From positions 2,016,001 to 2,080,000 of the forward strand of contig CAVYGB010000002.1 of assembly GCA_963767925.1 (NCBI GenBank): a DNA stretch of 64,000 nt. The letters are read 5' to 3'. A program made the translations under genes and the position numbers. Each line of letters starts with the position of its first letter. Position 1 is the first letter of the stretch. This DNA is from an uncultured delta proteobacterium (GTDB taxonomy: Bacteria; Myxococcota_A; Polyangia; Fen-1088). Shown here piece after piece: positions 38,911 through 49,306 of this stretch. Under the pieces are notes generated by a model, which worked only from the letters and a program-made list of their open reading frames with translations, did not search any database and was not told where the DNA came from.

Positions 38911-39993
38911 TCAGAGGGTGCGGCGGAAGTGGGCGATGGCGGCGGCGGCGGCCGACGAGACGGTGCGGGGCTGGTCGTAGAAGTCCGACTGCAGCCCGTC
39001 CACCTCGACCACGTCGTGCGGTCCCTTCATCCGCGCGGCGAAGGCCCGCGCCCCCTCCGGCGTGGTGGTGCGGGCGCCGGTGATGATCCGGGTCGGCACC
39101 CCGACGTGGTCGGCCAGGGCGATGGGATCGAACTCCAGCCACTCCGTCCAGGACATCACCGCGAAGCGGGGCTGCCACTGCGGGATGGCACCGCGCCTCG
39201 GGCTGAGGTAGTAGTCCATCGGATCGCCGTAGCCGAACATCGCCGCGCTGGGGTCGGTGGCGCTGGCCACCTTGACGTAGCTGACGATGCCCGACTCGCC
39301 GAAGATCTGGCGGGCCATCTTGCCCTGCTCCATCCGCTGCGACACCCCCATCTCGCCCCCGTAGATCTGGCGGACGATCTCCTTGTTGTGCAGCCAGGGC
39401 GCCACCATGGCGATGCTCTTGATGCCCGGGTCCTCCTGGGCAGCCAGGGCGGTGTAGCCCGCGCTGGCGCAGATGGCGAGCACGCCGATGCGACGGCTAT
39501 CGATGCCGCCGTTGGCCTGCAGGAAGGCCACCGCCGCGCGGATGTCCTCGGACTTGAGCTTCGGCGACTCCACGTCGCGGGGCAGGCCCTCGCTCTCGCC
39601 GAAGCCCCGGAAGTCGAAGATCAGCGTGGCGTAGCCCGCCTCCGCGAGGATGGGGGCGTAGCGCGCCGGCATCTGCTCTTTCACCGTGGTCCAGGACCCG
39701 GTGACGATCACCGCCGCCGGCAGGTTGGTCGGGTTCTTGGTGGGGCGGAAGTAGAGCTGCCCCACGAGCTGGTTCCCCTGCGAGTTGAAGCTCACCCGGA
39801 CCGATTCCACGCCTCCCGCTTCGGTGGGCGCCGCCACCTCCGCCATCCGGCCGAACGGAAGCCGCCGATTCGCAGCCGGCGTCGGCTGAGCCGCGCACCC
39901 GCAGGCGACGCCGGCCAATGCCAGCGCCCAGGCCCGTCCGCCTCGACCACCACCTACCTGCCCACCATGACATCCAGACTCGAGCCGCCCCAT
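38911..39993 (-). CDS. Alpha/beta hydrolase, probably exported
   Basis: GSWTTVKEQM, FDFRGFGESEG, nucleophile elbow LAICASAGY; start uncertain. Confidence 0.85.
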   Translation of the reverse strand: MGRLESGCHGGQVGGGRGGRAWALALAGVACGCAAQPTPAANRRLPFGRMAEVAAPTEAGGVESVRVSFNSQGNQLVGQLYFRPTKNPTNLPAAVIVTGSWTTVKEQMPARYAPILAEAGYATLIFDFRGFGESEGLPRDVESPKLKSEDIRAAVAFLQANGGIDSRRIGVLAICASAGYTALAAQEDPGIKSIAMVAPWLHNKEIVRQIYGGEMGVSQRMEQGKMARQIFGESGIVSYVKVASATDPSAAMFGYGDPMDYYLSPRRGAIPQWQPRFAVMSWTEWLEFDPIALADHVGVPTRIITGARTTTPEGARAFAARMKGPHDVVEVDGLQSDFYDQPRTVSSAAAAAIAHFRRTL

Positions 39994-40382
39994 GGCCAAT
40001 GTTCGCCTCCCTGAGGGTATTGGATATTAAAGACGGATCAGAACGATCCCGGCAAGGTGAGCACCGCTGCGACCCGCCCCGCCTCCGCCCACAGCGGCCT
40101 GCCCCGCTGACACCGACCCCGATGAGGACACGATGAAGGACACGACGAAGGCGCGGACCGAAACCAGGAGCCGGCAGCAAGCTGGGTCTCGTCCGCCGCT
40201 TGTAAAGCCCGCCCACGATGGGCCTTTTCCGGCCGGGCCCGCGCCACGCTCGCGCCACGACCTCGCAACGTCCTGTTCACCGAAGGCTCGTTGAACGGAA
40301 GTCAGCAAGTGCCGACAAGCAGCGCTTCCCCCCGCGGGCGCAGCGCGATAGTGTGGACGGCTTCTCCACAGGAGGTACGCGC

Positions 40383-43300
40383 ATGCGACGTCTGGTCCTC
40401 TTCGGTGCAGCGGTGTTGACCGCGTCGGGCGTGGTTTCGTGCGGGCAGCCGGCCTTGCCCCCGCCCGCCGGCAGCGGCGCGGCCGCGCCGATCTCGCCCA
40501 GCCCGACGGTGCTCGCCCTGCAGGCGGGTGGCCTCGTGACCTCCAGCGATGCCGCCGGACGGCCGCGGTTCATCCGCGCCCTCGGCGGCCGCGCCGGCGT
40601 GTCGATCGCCGCCGTCGCCCCCGAGACCGCCGCCCGCGAGCACCTCGGCCGCTTCGCCGCCGCCTACGGCCTCGACGGCGCCGCCGCCGCCCGCATCGAG
40701 CCGGCCCGCACCGGCCGCACCCCGCGCGGCGACTACCTCGTGCGCATGCGCCAGCAGATCGACGGCCTCGAGGTGTACGGGACCGAGGTGAAGGTCGCCC
40801 TGCGCCCCGATATGTCCCTCGTCGCCCTGTCCGGGACGCCCTCCGACGTGAGCGGCCTGAAGGCCCAGGCCCCCTTCGCGCTCAGCCCGGGCCAGGCGCT
40901 GCAGGCCGCCCTCGAAGATCTGTACGGCGGCGGCCAGCCCCAGGGGGCCCCGGTGCCCGCCCGCGCCCCCCAGGCCGCGGCCGAGCCGGGACGGGCCGCC
41001 GACGTCTGGCTCGATCTGCCGGCCGGATCGGCGGTCCAGCTCCCCGAGCCGGCCCGCGCCCGCCCGGTCTATTACCGCAGCGGCGACGAGCTGGTGGCCG
41101 CCTACTTCGTCGAGTTTTACGCGAGCGTCGCGACCTCCACCACCTCCGACGCCTACCGCTACCTGATCGCCGCCGGCGACGGGCGCGTGCTCGAGCGCCA
41201 CGACCTCACCGCCGACGCCGCCTTCAACTACCGGGTGTTCGCCGACCCGGCCGGCGACTTTCGCCCGCTCGACGGGCCCATCGCCAACTTCACCCCCCAC
41301 CCGAGCGGCAAGCCCGACGGCAGCGACCCCGAGTTCATCGGATCAGCGCTCGTCGCGATCGAGTCGCTCAAGAGCAAGCCGGCCGGGGCCATCGACCCCT
41401 GGCTCTCCGGCGGCGCCGTGCAGACCCTCGGCAACAACGTCGACGCCTACGCCGACCTGTTCGCGCCCGACGGGTACTCGAACGGCGACCTGCGGGCCAC
41501 CACCACCGCCGTCCGCACCTTCGATCGGGCCTACGACGTGGCGCTGCCGCCCGGGTCCTCGGCCACCCAGACCATGGCCGCCACCACCAACCTGTTTTTC
41601 CTCATCAACTGGCTGCACGACTACTGGTACGACTCCGGCTTCGACGAGGCGGCGGGCAACGCCCAGACCTCCAACTTCGGACGCGGCGGCGCGGGCAACG
41701 ATGCCCTGCGGGCCGAGGCCCAGGACTCGGCCGGGTACAACAACGCCAACATGGCGACCCCCTCGGACGGGTTCGCCCCCCGCATGCAGATGTTCCTCTG
41801 GCGGGCCCCCCAGATCAGCCTGCTCACCATCCAGCCCGGCGCGGCCGACCTGACCAACGGGCAGGCCGCCTTCGGGCCCCAGGAGTTCGACGTCAGCGGC
41901 CAGGTGGTGCTGGCCAGCGACGGGACCGCGCCGATCAGCGACGGCTGCGAGCCGCTGACCGGCGACGTCGCCGGCCGCATCGTCCTGGTCGATCGGGGCC
42001 TGTGCAACTACACGCTCAAGGCCCAGCTCGCCGAGGCGGCGGGGGCCATCGCCGTCATCGTCGCCAACAACGTGCCGGGGGCCCCGCCCACCCTGACCAA
42101 CTCCATCCCGCCGCTGCCCATCGGCATCCCCGCCCTGAGCGTCAGCCAGGCCGACGGCGTCCGCCTCAAGGAGCTGCTGGCCAGCGAGGCCGGGCTGCGC
42201 GCCCGCCTGCTCCGGGACGTCAACGGGCCCGACCGCGACGGCTCGCTCGACAACATGATCGTCGCCCACGAGTGGGGGCACTACTTTCACCATCGCCTCA
42301 GCGAGTGCAGCGGCCAGCAGTGCGGCGCCATGAGCGAGGGCTGGGGCGACTTTTTGGCCCTGCACACGGCTCTGCGCGAGGGGGACGACCTCGACGGCAC
42401 CTTCGCCGCCGGCATCTACGGGCCGCGGGCCCTGGGCGACTCCGGCTACTTCGGCATCCGCCGCTTTCCTTATTCGGTCGACTTCAGCAAGAACGGCCTC
42501 ACGTTCAAGCACATCCAGAACGGGGTGCCCCTGCCGCCCGGTCCGATCAACGGCGGTGGCGGCGGCAACTCCGGGGTGCACAACTCCGGCGAGGTCTGGT
42601 GCTCGATGTTGCTCGAGGCCTACGTGGGCCTGCACAAGCAGCCGCGCTCGCGCCCCTTCGCCGCCATCCGCCGGGCTTACGCCGACTACCTGGTGCTGGG
42701 GCTGCAGCTCGCCCCCCGCAACGCCACCTTCACCGAGACCCGCGACGCCATCCTCACCGCCATCGACATGACCGATCCCGCCGATCTGGAGCCGGTGGCC
42801 GCCGGCTTCGCCCGCCGCGGCGCGGGGAGCTGCGCCGTGGCCCCCCCGCGCGAGGTCAGCGGCAGCCTGGCGCCGGTGAGCGAGAGCTTCGGCGTGCAGC
42901 CCGGCCTGACCATCCAGTCGGTCGCCATCGACGACGCCGCCACCACCTGCGACGGCGACGGCATCCTCGACGTCGGCGAGCTGGGGCGGGTCCAGGTCGC
43001 GGTCGCCAACCCCGGGCCGATCGCCCTCACCGGCACCACCCTGACCTTCACCACCCCCGCGGCAGGGGTGACCTTCCCGGCGGGGCCCAGCCTCACCCTC
43101 GACGCCGTCCCCCCCTACGGCAGCGCGACCGTCACCCTCCCCATCGCCCTCGACCCGTCGGTCAGCGAGGCGAGCAGCCTGGTCCTGACCGTCGCCGCCA
43201 GCAACCCCTCCGCCTGCACCCCCTCGGTCAGCGAGCTGCGGGCGGCCCTCCTGCACGCCGACGAGAAGGTCGAGGCGACCGCCAGTGACGGGGTGGAGGC

Positions 43301-43874
43301 CTCCGCCTCCCCCTGGGCCCGGGCCGGCGCCGGCGCCGACGGGCTCTGGTCGCGCGCGACGTCCCCCGACGGCAACCACGCCTGGAGCGGCGCCGCCAGC
43401 GGCGGCCTGTCGGACACCCAGCTCGTGTCGCCGCCCCTGAAGGTGAGCGCCAGCGGCGACTTCCGGGTCGCCTTCGACCACGCGTTCACCTTCGAGGCCA
43501 CCGCGGCGAACCTCTGGGACGGCGGCGTCATCGAGCTGAGCACCGACGACGGCGCCACCTGGCGCGACGTCGCCACCCTGGCCGACCCGGGCTACACCGG
43601 CATCTTGCGCCCCCAGGCGGGCAACGTGCTGGCCGGGCGCCCGGTCTACGGCGGCAACAGCGCCTCTTACCCGGCGTTCGATCACGTGACCCTCGACTTC
43701 GGCACCGCCCTGGCGGGGCAGATCGTCCGCCTGCGCTTCCGCATCGGGACCGACGCCGCCCTCGGCGGCCCCGGCTGGACCCTCGACAACTTCGCCGTCC
43801 AGGGGATCGACAACCTCCCGTTCACCGCGGTCGTCACCCAGGCCGGCGCCTGCCCGGCCCCTCCGATCGAATAG
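40383..43874 (+). CDS. M36 (fungalysin) family metallopeptidase with PA domain
   Basis: Propeptide, NNANMATP.DG..PRMQMFLW, PA domain IVLVDRGLC, HEWGH, MSEGWGD, GIRRFPYS. Confidence 0.92.
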   Translation: MRRLVLFGAAVLTASGVVSCGQPALPPPAGSGAAAPISPSPTVLALQAGGLVTSSDAAGRPRFIRALGGRAGVSIAAVAPETAAREHLGRFAAAYGLDGAAAARIEPARTGRTPRGDYLVRMRQQIDGLEVYGTEVKVALRPDMSLVALSGTPSDVSGLKAQAPFALSPGQALQAALEDLYGGGQPQGAPVPARAPQAAAEPGRAADVWLDLPAGSAVQLPEPARARPVYYRSGDELVAAYFVEFYASVATSTTSDAYRYLIAAGDGRVLERHDLTADAAFNYRVFADPAGDFRPLDGPIANFTPHPSGKPDGSDPEFIGSALVAIESLKSKPAGAIDPWLSGGAVQTLGNNVDAYADLFAPDGYSNGDLRATTTAVRTFDRAYDVALPPGSSATQTMAATTNLFFLINWLHDYWYDSGFDEAAGNAQTSNFGRGGAGNDALRAEAQDSAGYNNANMATPSDGFAPRMQMFLWRAPQISLLTIQPGAADLTNGQAAFGPQEFDVSGQVVLASDGTAPISDGCEPLTGDVAGRIVLVDRGLCNYTLKAQLAEAAGAIAVIVANNVPGAPPTLTNSIPPLPIGIPALSVSQADGVRLKELLASEAGLRARLLRDVNGPDRDGSLDNMIVAHEWGHYFHHRLSECSGQQCGAMSEGWGDFLALHTALREGDDLDGTFAAGIYGPRALGDSGYFGIRRFPYSVDFSKNGLTFKHIQNGVPLPPGPINGGGGGNSGVHNSGEVWCSMLLEAYVGLHKQPRSRPFAAIRRAYADYLVLGLQLAPRNATFTETRDAILTAIDMTDPADLEPVAAGFARRGAGSCAVAPPREVSGSLAPVSESFGVQPGLTIQSVAIDDAATTCDGDGILDVGELGRVQVAVANPGPIALTGTTLTFTTPAAGVTFPAGPSLTLDAVPPYGSATVTLPIALDPSVSEASSLVLTVAASNPSACTPSVSELRAALLHADEKVEATASDGVEASASPWARAGAGADGLWSRATSPDGNHAWSGAASGGLSDTQLVSPPLKVSASGDFRVAFDHAFTFEATAANLWDGGVIELSTDDGATWRDVATLADPGYTGILRPQAGNVLAGRPVYGGNSASYPAFDHVTLDFGTALAGQIVRLRFRIGTDAALGGPGWTLDNFAVQGIDNLPFTAVVTQAGACPAPPIE

Positions 43875-43889
43875 GCTCCCGGGCAGCCC

Positions 43890-44087
43890 GTGCTGCCGTT
43901 CCCCGACAGCCTCTGCCACCGCTGCGAGGCCCACCGACAGGTGCGCACGAAGACCTCCCTCTTCGTGATGTGCACGGCCCTGCCCGTGAAGTACCCCCGC
44001 CAGCCGGTCCTCCACTGCGCCGCATTCCGCCCCGCTCCCACCGGGGCCAGCGACCCGCCGCCCCGTGACGACGACCCGCCCGACTAG
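43890..44087 (+). CDS. Small Cys-containing protein
   Basis: LCHRC...FVMC...KYPRQPVLHC, four Cys. Confidence 0.6.
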   Translation: MLPFPDSLCHRCEAHRQVRTKTSLFVMCTALPVKYPRQPVLHCAAFRPAPTGASDPPPRDDDPPD

Positions 44088-44209
44088 AGAGCTCCGGGCG
44101 GTCTGACCACTGCCTGCGCGACCGGGGAACGTCGTTCCGTCCGAGGTCACGCCGGGATCAGTGAGACACAGGCGGCCTGGCCGCCGTCCCGCTGACCGGA
44201 GGAAGGACC

Positions 44210-44257
44210 ATGCCGAACGCCACCCTCTCGCTGCTGCTGCTGCCGGAGGGGCGATGA
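44210..44257 (+). other. 15-codon upstream ORF coupled to the OsmC-like gene
   Basis: GGAGGAAGGA RBS, MPNATLSLLLLPEGR*, stop overlaps the next ATG (ATGA). Confidence 0.45.
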
Positions 44258-44775
44258 CCGCGGCGGAGCTGCGGGACCTCCACGACCGGCGCTCGCGCGC
44301 CATGTTGCGGAGACCCAGCTTCGCCGCCGGCAGCGGCCACGCCCAGGTTCGCCACCTCGACGGCCTCCGCTACGAGGTCGTCCACGACGGCCGCAGCCTG
44401 GTCGTCGATCTCCCCCCCGAAGACGGGGGCAGCGGCAGCGCCGCCTATCCCGGGCAGCTCCTGCGCGCCAGCGTGGGGGCTTGCCTGGCGATGGGCTATC
44501 AGCTCTGGTCGGCCCGCCTCGACATCCCCATCGATCGGGTGGACGTCGAGCTGTACTGCGAATACGACGCCCGCGGGCAGCTCGGCCTGTCCGAGGAGGT
44601 CCCCGTCGGCTGGCGCCGGATCGACGTCTCCGTCACCGTGTACAGCGCCGCGCCGGCGAGCGAGATCCAGCGCCTGATCGCGCACGCCAACCGGCTGAGC
44701 CCGATGCTCGCCAACCTCTCGCGCGACATCCAGCAGGTGCACCACCTGACCGTCGTCGCGCCCCCGGCCCGCTGA
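44254..44775 (+). CDS. OsmC/Ohr-like protein
   Basis: VDLPPEDGGSG...PGQLLRASVGAC; second Cys position reads SP. Confidence 0.85.
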   Translation: MTAAELRDLHDRRSRAMLRRPSFAAGSGHAQVRHLDGLRYEVVHDGRSLVVDLPPEDGGSGSAAYPGQLLRASVGACLAMGYQLWSARLDIPIDRVDVELYCEYDARGQLGLSEEVPVGWRRIDVSVTVYSAAPASEIQRLIAHANRLSPMLANLSRDIQQVHHLTVVAPPAR

Positions 44776-44902
44776 GCGCCGGCCGCTCTCCCGGGGAACG
44801 GAACGTTCCCTCGCCCGTCACGCCTGGATCGGTGAAGGCCCGCTGAAACCGACCGGGCCAGTCGGAACCCGCGAGGGCTCTGCAAAAAGAAAGGCAGTTA
44901 CC

Positions 44903-45835
44903 ATGAAAACCAAGACCAAGACCAAGACCCTGACCCTGTCGCTCCTCGTGCTACTCGCCGGCTCCGCCCGTGCCGTCGCCCAGGAAGGCAACCCCGCCGC
45001 CGCCGCCGCCCGCGCCGACATCCAGAAGACGTTTGGCTTCCAGCCGCAGTTCCTGCTCGCCTTCCCCGAGGCCGCCCTGCCGGGCGCCTGGGAGCAGATG
45101 AAGACCTTGCAGATGAACCCGGCGACGGCCCTGCCGGGCAAGGTCAAGGAGGCCATCGGCCTGGCGGTGGCCTCGCAGGTCCCTTGCCGCTACTGCGTCG
45201 TCGCCCACACCGACATCGGCAAGCTCAACGGCGCCAGCCAGACCGAGCTGGGCGAGGCGGTCGCGATGGCGGCCCTCACCCGACAGTGGAGCACCTTCCT
45301 CAACGGCATCCAGACCGACGAGGCCAAGTTCCGCGGCGAGGTCGCCCAGATCATCGACAGCGTGAAGCGCGCCGTGGCCAGCAAGGCCCCGGCTCCCCAG
45401 CCGGTCGAGGTCGTCGACGGGGCCAGCGCCCTGCGCGACGCGACCCAGACCCTCGGCTACGTTCCGGAGTTCCTGCGCCGCTTCCCGGATGTGGCCCGGG
45501 CGGGGGCCTGGCGCTCGCTGCGCGACGTGCAGCTCAGCCCGAAGACGGCCCTGTCCGGCAAGCACAAGGAGCTCATCGGCCTGGCGGTGGCTTCGCAGGT
45601 CCCCTGTCGCTACTGCATCATCGCCCACACCGAGTTCGCTCGGCTCAACGGCGCCACCGACAAGGAGATCGACGAGGCGGTCGCCATGGCCTCGCTGACC
45701 CGCAACCTCAGCACGCTCCTCAACGGGATGCAGGTGGACGAGGGGCAGTTCCGGCGCGACGTCGCCCGCATCGTCAAGGGCGCGCAGGCCGCCCAGAAGA
45801 AGGCGCGGACGACCGCCGAAGCTGCGGCGCGCTAG
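44903..45835 (+). CDS. Exported tandem carboxymuconolactone decarboxylase/AhpD-like protein
   Basis: Signal peptide; two copies of KE.IGLAVASQVPCRYC..AH. Confidence 0.9.
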   Translation: MKTKTKTKTLTLSLLVLLAGSARAVAQEGNPAAAAARADIQKTFGFQPQFLLAFPEAALPGAWEQMKTLQMNPATALPGKVKEAIGLAVASQVPCRYCVVAHTDIGKLNGASQTELGEAVAMAALTRQWSTFLNGIQTDEAKFRGEVAQIIDSVKRAVASKAPAPQPVEVVDGASALRDATQTLGYVPEFLRRFPDVARAGAWRSLRDVQLSPKTALSGKHKELIGLAVASQVPCRYCIIAHTEFARLNGATDKEIDEAVAMASLTRNLSTLLNGMQVDEGQFRRDVARIVKGAQAAQKKARTTAEAAAR

Positions 45836-46137
45836 CACGGACGTCCGACGCACGCCCGACATCGTCGCCGAAACCGGCGACCCTCCTCGAGAAAACGGAA
45901 GGCCAGGCTCGCTCTTCGCCACTCCGGTCAGGTCCTGTCGAGGCACCTGGTCCGGCTGGGCGGGGGGCGAGCCTGGTCTTAGGTGTTGTGCCCTGTACGT
46001 CCCCGTAGACAGAGCGGACGTTACCGAATAGACTTTGTCCCGTCCTTTCTCGTCTGGTTCCCCGTCCCCTTGGCAGTCTCGGTTCTGACGACTTGCAGGA
46101 GCCACGGTGACCGTGCAGTGAGGACCAGGAGAAGAAC

Positions 46138-46506
46138 GTGGGAAAGAGACTGTACGTTGGCAATCTTGCCTATAGCGTGTCCGAGGCTGAGCTCCGGGAT
46201 CTGTTCGCCGAGTTCGGTGACGTCGCTGAAGTAAAGGTCGTGCTCGATCGCGACACGGGCCGGCCGCGTGGCTTCGCCTTTGTCGAGATGGGAAGCGATG
46301 GCGACGCGGCTCAGGCCATGTCGAGCCTGAACGGCCGTGAGCTTCAGGGCCGTTCGCTGAACATCAAGGAGGCGCAAGAGCGCAGCCCTGGTGGCCGTGG
46401 CGGCGGTGGTGGCGGTGGTGGCTGGAGTGGTGGCGGCGGTGGTGGTGGCGGCGGCGGCGGCGGCCGCGGTGGTCGCGGCGGCGGCGGCGGCGGCGGCCGC
46501 TGGTAG
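46138..46506 (+). CDS. RRM RNA-binding protein with Gly-rich tail
   Basis: RNP2 LYVGNL, RNP1 RGFAFVEM. Confidence 0.95.
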   Translation: MGKRLYVGNLAYSVSEAELRDLFAEFGDVAEVKVVLDRDTGRPRGFAFVEMGSDGDAAQAMSSLNGRELQGRSLNIKEAQERSPGGRGGGGGGGGWSGGGGGGGGGGGGRGGRGGGGGGGRW

Positions 46507-46682
46507 CAGCGACCCCCCGTCGATCCGAAAACGGCGCTGGCTGAAGCGCCTTGACGTCCGCACGTGCGGACGAGAGCACTTGTTGCCCTCGTCCGCCTGC
46601 GGCCGCAGCTTGACCCGCGAGCGGACGCAGGCGTTCGCTTGCTGCGGTAGAGGTGCGAGCAACCTCCGGGTAGCACGGATCC

Positions 46683-48023
46683 ATGTCTCCGCCTGATGTG
46701 CACCTGGCTCCCGTCAACGAACCGCCGGACGCGGGCCTGGGTACTCCTGACCGCGGCGGCAGCGCCCACGCGCTCGATACGCTGAAATACGCTCTGCTAG
46801 CGGCAGCTGCGCTCGCTGGCCTGGCCATCGCCGGGTCTCAGCTCGGCCTCCGCTGGAGCGTCCGGATCTCGCTCACCATCTGGGTGGGCGTGGTGGCGGT
46901 ACGCCTGCTCCCCGGGCGGGCGCACCTGCTGGCAGGTCTGACCGGCGTGGCCGTGCTGGCCCAGTGGACAGCCCTGCGCTACGCCGCCTACCACCTGATG
47001 TTGATCGGCGCGGCCTACGCCTTGCGCCGGCGACCGCTGTTGCTGCTCGCCCTCGCGGTGCTCGGGGTGTTCCTGATCCCGAAGGAGCTGTTCCGGCTCT
47101 TTTACCACTGGCAGTTCTTCCACGACTGGCTGAGCCCCTTCCTGCTCGCCCACTTCTTGCTGGTGCTCGCGTACTGGTGGCGGGAGGACCGGCGCAAGGT
47201 CGTGCCCGACCCCTCGTTCAGCGACTGGCTCGTGCTGTTCCTGTTCCCGAGCCACCCGATGAACCCGATCAACTTCGCGCCCAGCCACCTGTGGCGGCCG
47301 CGGACCGCGGTCGCGCGCGACGTGCTCGAGACCCTGCTGCTGGTGGCGAGCAAGGCGCTGGCCCTGCTGGTGCTTTTCCGCCTGCTGCCCGGCCAGCGCC
47401 TGTGGGACCGCAACCTGGCCGACCTTCAGGGGGCCTCCTGGGGAGGGCTCTGGCTGTCGGTGGGGTACGGCTACCTCTCCGTCGCCCTCACCCTGTCGGG
47501 GACCTCCGACCTGGTGGTGGTCATCGCGCGCCTGTTCGGCTGGCGCCTGGCCCACCCCTTTCGCTGGGCCCTGCTGGCCTGGAACCCGGTCGAGCTCTGG
47601 CGCCGCTGGGCCATCTACAACCGGCGGCTGCTGCTCACCCTGGTCTACTTCCCGCTCGGCGGCAGCGAGCGGCGCCGCACCCTCAACGTGCTCCTCACCT
47701 TCCTGGCCAGCGGCCTGGTCCTGCACAGCGGCTGGGTCGGCTCCAAGTTCTGGGAGCTGGGCGCCGGCGGCTGGCGCGATCAGACCGTTTACTTCCTGGT
47801 CCAGGGCCTCGCCGTCTGCGCCTGCCTGTGGTACTGGCGCCTGCGGGGCAAGGACCCCCGCGCCGACCGCGACCTGCGCTGGTCCCCGGTCCGCGTCCTT
47901 TGCACCCTGGCCACCCAGGCCTTCTCCGCATGGGTCCACGTCCTCGTCATGGCCCCCCAGATCGGCTGGTCCGACCGCTGGCGCCTGATGGCCCGCTGCC
48001 TCGGCCTCGCCTGGCTATTCTGA
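46683..48023 (+). CDS. MBOAT-like membrane acyltransferase
   Basis: Multi-TM; ELWRRW, YFPLGGS, FLASGLVLH. Confidence 0.75.
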   Translation: MSPPDVHLAPVNEPPDAGLGTPDRGGSAHALDTLKYALLAAAALAGLAIAGSQLGLRWSVRISLTIWVGVVAVRLLPGRAHLLAGLTGVAVLAQWTALRYAAYHLMLIGAAYALRRRPLLLLALAVLGVFLIPKELFRLFYHWQFFHDWLSPFLLAHFLLVLAYWWREDRRKVVPDPSFSDWLVLFLFPSHPMNPINFAPSHLWRPRTAVARDVLETLLLVASKALALLVLFRLLPGQRLWDRNLADLQGASWGGLWLSVGYGYLSVALTLSGTSDLVVVIARLFGWRLAHPFRWALLAWNPVELWRRWAIYNRRLLLTLVYFPLGGSERRRTLNVLLTFLASGLVLHSGWVGSKFWELGAGGWRDQTVYFLVQGLAVCACLWYWRLRGKDPRADRDLRWSPVRVLCTLATQAFSAWVHVLVMAPQIGWSDRWRLMARCLGLAWLF

Positions 48024-48058
48024 GCGACCCCTTAGATTGGGAGCCTGTTTCAGAAAGA

Positions 48059-48090
48059 GCCGGGTTCCCTCGCTGCGCTCGGGCCCGGCT
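48059..48090. repeat. REP-like hairpin matching the units beside the transposase
   Basis: GCCGGGTTCCCTCGCTGCGCTCGGGCCCGGC preceded by CAGAAAGA, as at 2802-2843. Confidence 0.65.
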
Positions 48091-49156
48091 ACCGCAAGCG
48101 GATGTCGGCCAGGACCGCGAGGTGGTCGGAGGACCGGTCGGGGAGCACCTCGAAGCGGCGGACCGTCAGGCGGTGGTCGACGAGGATGCGATCGATGCGC
48201 ATCCAGGGGCGGTTGGCCGGGTAGGTGTACCCGAAGCCGCGGCCCACCTCGGCGAATCCGTCGCTGAACCGGCCCAGCGAGCGCCGGAGGATCCAGCTCC
48301 CCTCGGGCAAGTTGGTGTCCCCCGCGATCACGGTGGGGTGGGGGGACCGGTCGGCCTCGATCACGATCTCCTCGATCTGTCGCTGCCGCAGGAACGAGTT
48401 GGCCTGCATCACCGAGATCCCCTCCGAGCTGGCGAAGCGCCCCTGCCGCAACCCTTGCAAGAGCCCGTCGCCTCGCGCCTCCTCCAGCCCGTTGCGGGGC
48501 GACACCGGATGCACGTTGATGACGTGCAGGGGCCCGAGCGGCGTCTTGAGCCGGTAGCGCACGAAGCGCGACGAGCGGGGCGCCGAGTTCGGGATCGCGA
48601 TCTGCGGTGGCAGGTAGACGTCTTCGATGGGGAAGCGGCTGGCGATGGCGAACTGGCCGGCGTTGTGGCGGGCGAAGTCGGCCAGCTCCTTCTCCAGCGC
48701 CGCCTGCAGGCTCTCGGTGTGCTCCTGGATGAGGACGATGTCGGGCCGGGCGGTCCGGATGGTGTTCAGCACCTCGGTCGGGTCGTCGGTGGAGGCGACG
48801 TTGTAGCTGAGGACGCGCAGGGTCCCCCGCTCGGTGGAGCTGTCGGCGAACAGGTTGACCCGGGCCCCCATGAGAGGGAACAGCAGGACCGCCAGGTACA
48901 CCGGCAGGAGCAGCAGCAGCCGGCGCGGCCCGAACAGCACCAGGGCCAGCAGCACGAAGGGCAGGGGCAGCGCGAACCCCCAGCGCGGCAGGTAGAGCAG
49001 CACCGTCGTGATCCACCAGCGCTCGCCGACCAGGGGGAAGGCCAGCGCCACCGCGAGCAACCCCAGCAGGTAGCCACCGGCCAGGAGGGCGGCCATCCAG
49101 CGCATCAGCCGCTGGGCCAGCCCGACCGGGGGAGATTTCGATGACCAGAACATCAC
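48089..49156 (-). CDS. Membrane-anchored endonuclease/exonuclease/phosphatase (EEP) family protein
   Basis: Three N-terminal TMs; LSYNV, IQE, AGDTN, RIDRI, SDHL. Confidence 0.92.
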   Translation of the reverse strand: MMFWSSKSPPVGLAQRLMRWMAALLAGGYLLGLLAVALAFPLVGERWWITTVLLYLPRWGFALPLPFVLLALVLFGPRRLLLLLPVYLAVLLFPLMGARVNLFADSSTERGTLRVLSYNVASTDDPTEVLNTIRTARPDIVLIQEHTESLQAALEKELADFARHNAGQFAIASRFPIEDVYLPPQIAIPNSAPRSSRFVRYRLKTPLGPLHVINVHPVSPRNGLEEARGDGLLQGLRQGRFASSEGISVMQANSFLRQRQIEEIVIEADRSPHPTVIAGDTNLPEGSWILRRSLGRFSDGFAEVGRGFGYTYPANRPWMRIDRILVDHRLTVRRFEVLPDRSSDHLAVLADIRLR

Positions 49157-49306
49157 GGTGAGAGAGACGGCGAAGCGCCAGCAAGGAATATTAGCCGAAG
49201 GCCGCCGCTGCGCCGGACCCGCTCGGGTATCATCGTCTGTCTTTTCCTCGGTCTGTCCTCTGCCCCTCGTCTGTCATTTTTTTCCCGGCGGAGGAGCTCG
49301 GCGGCC

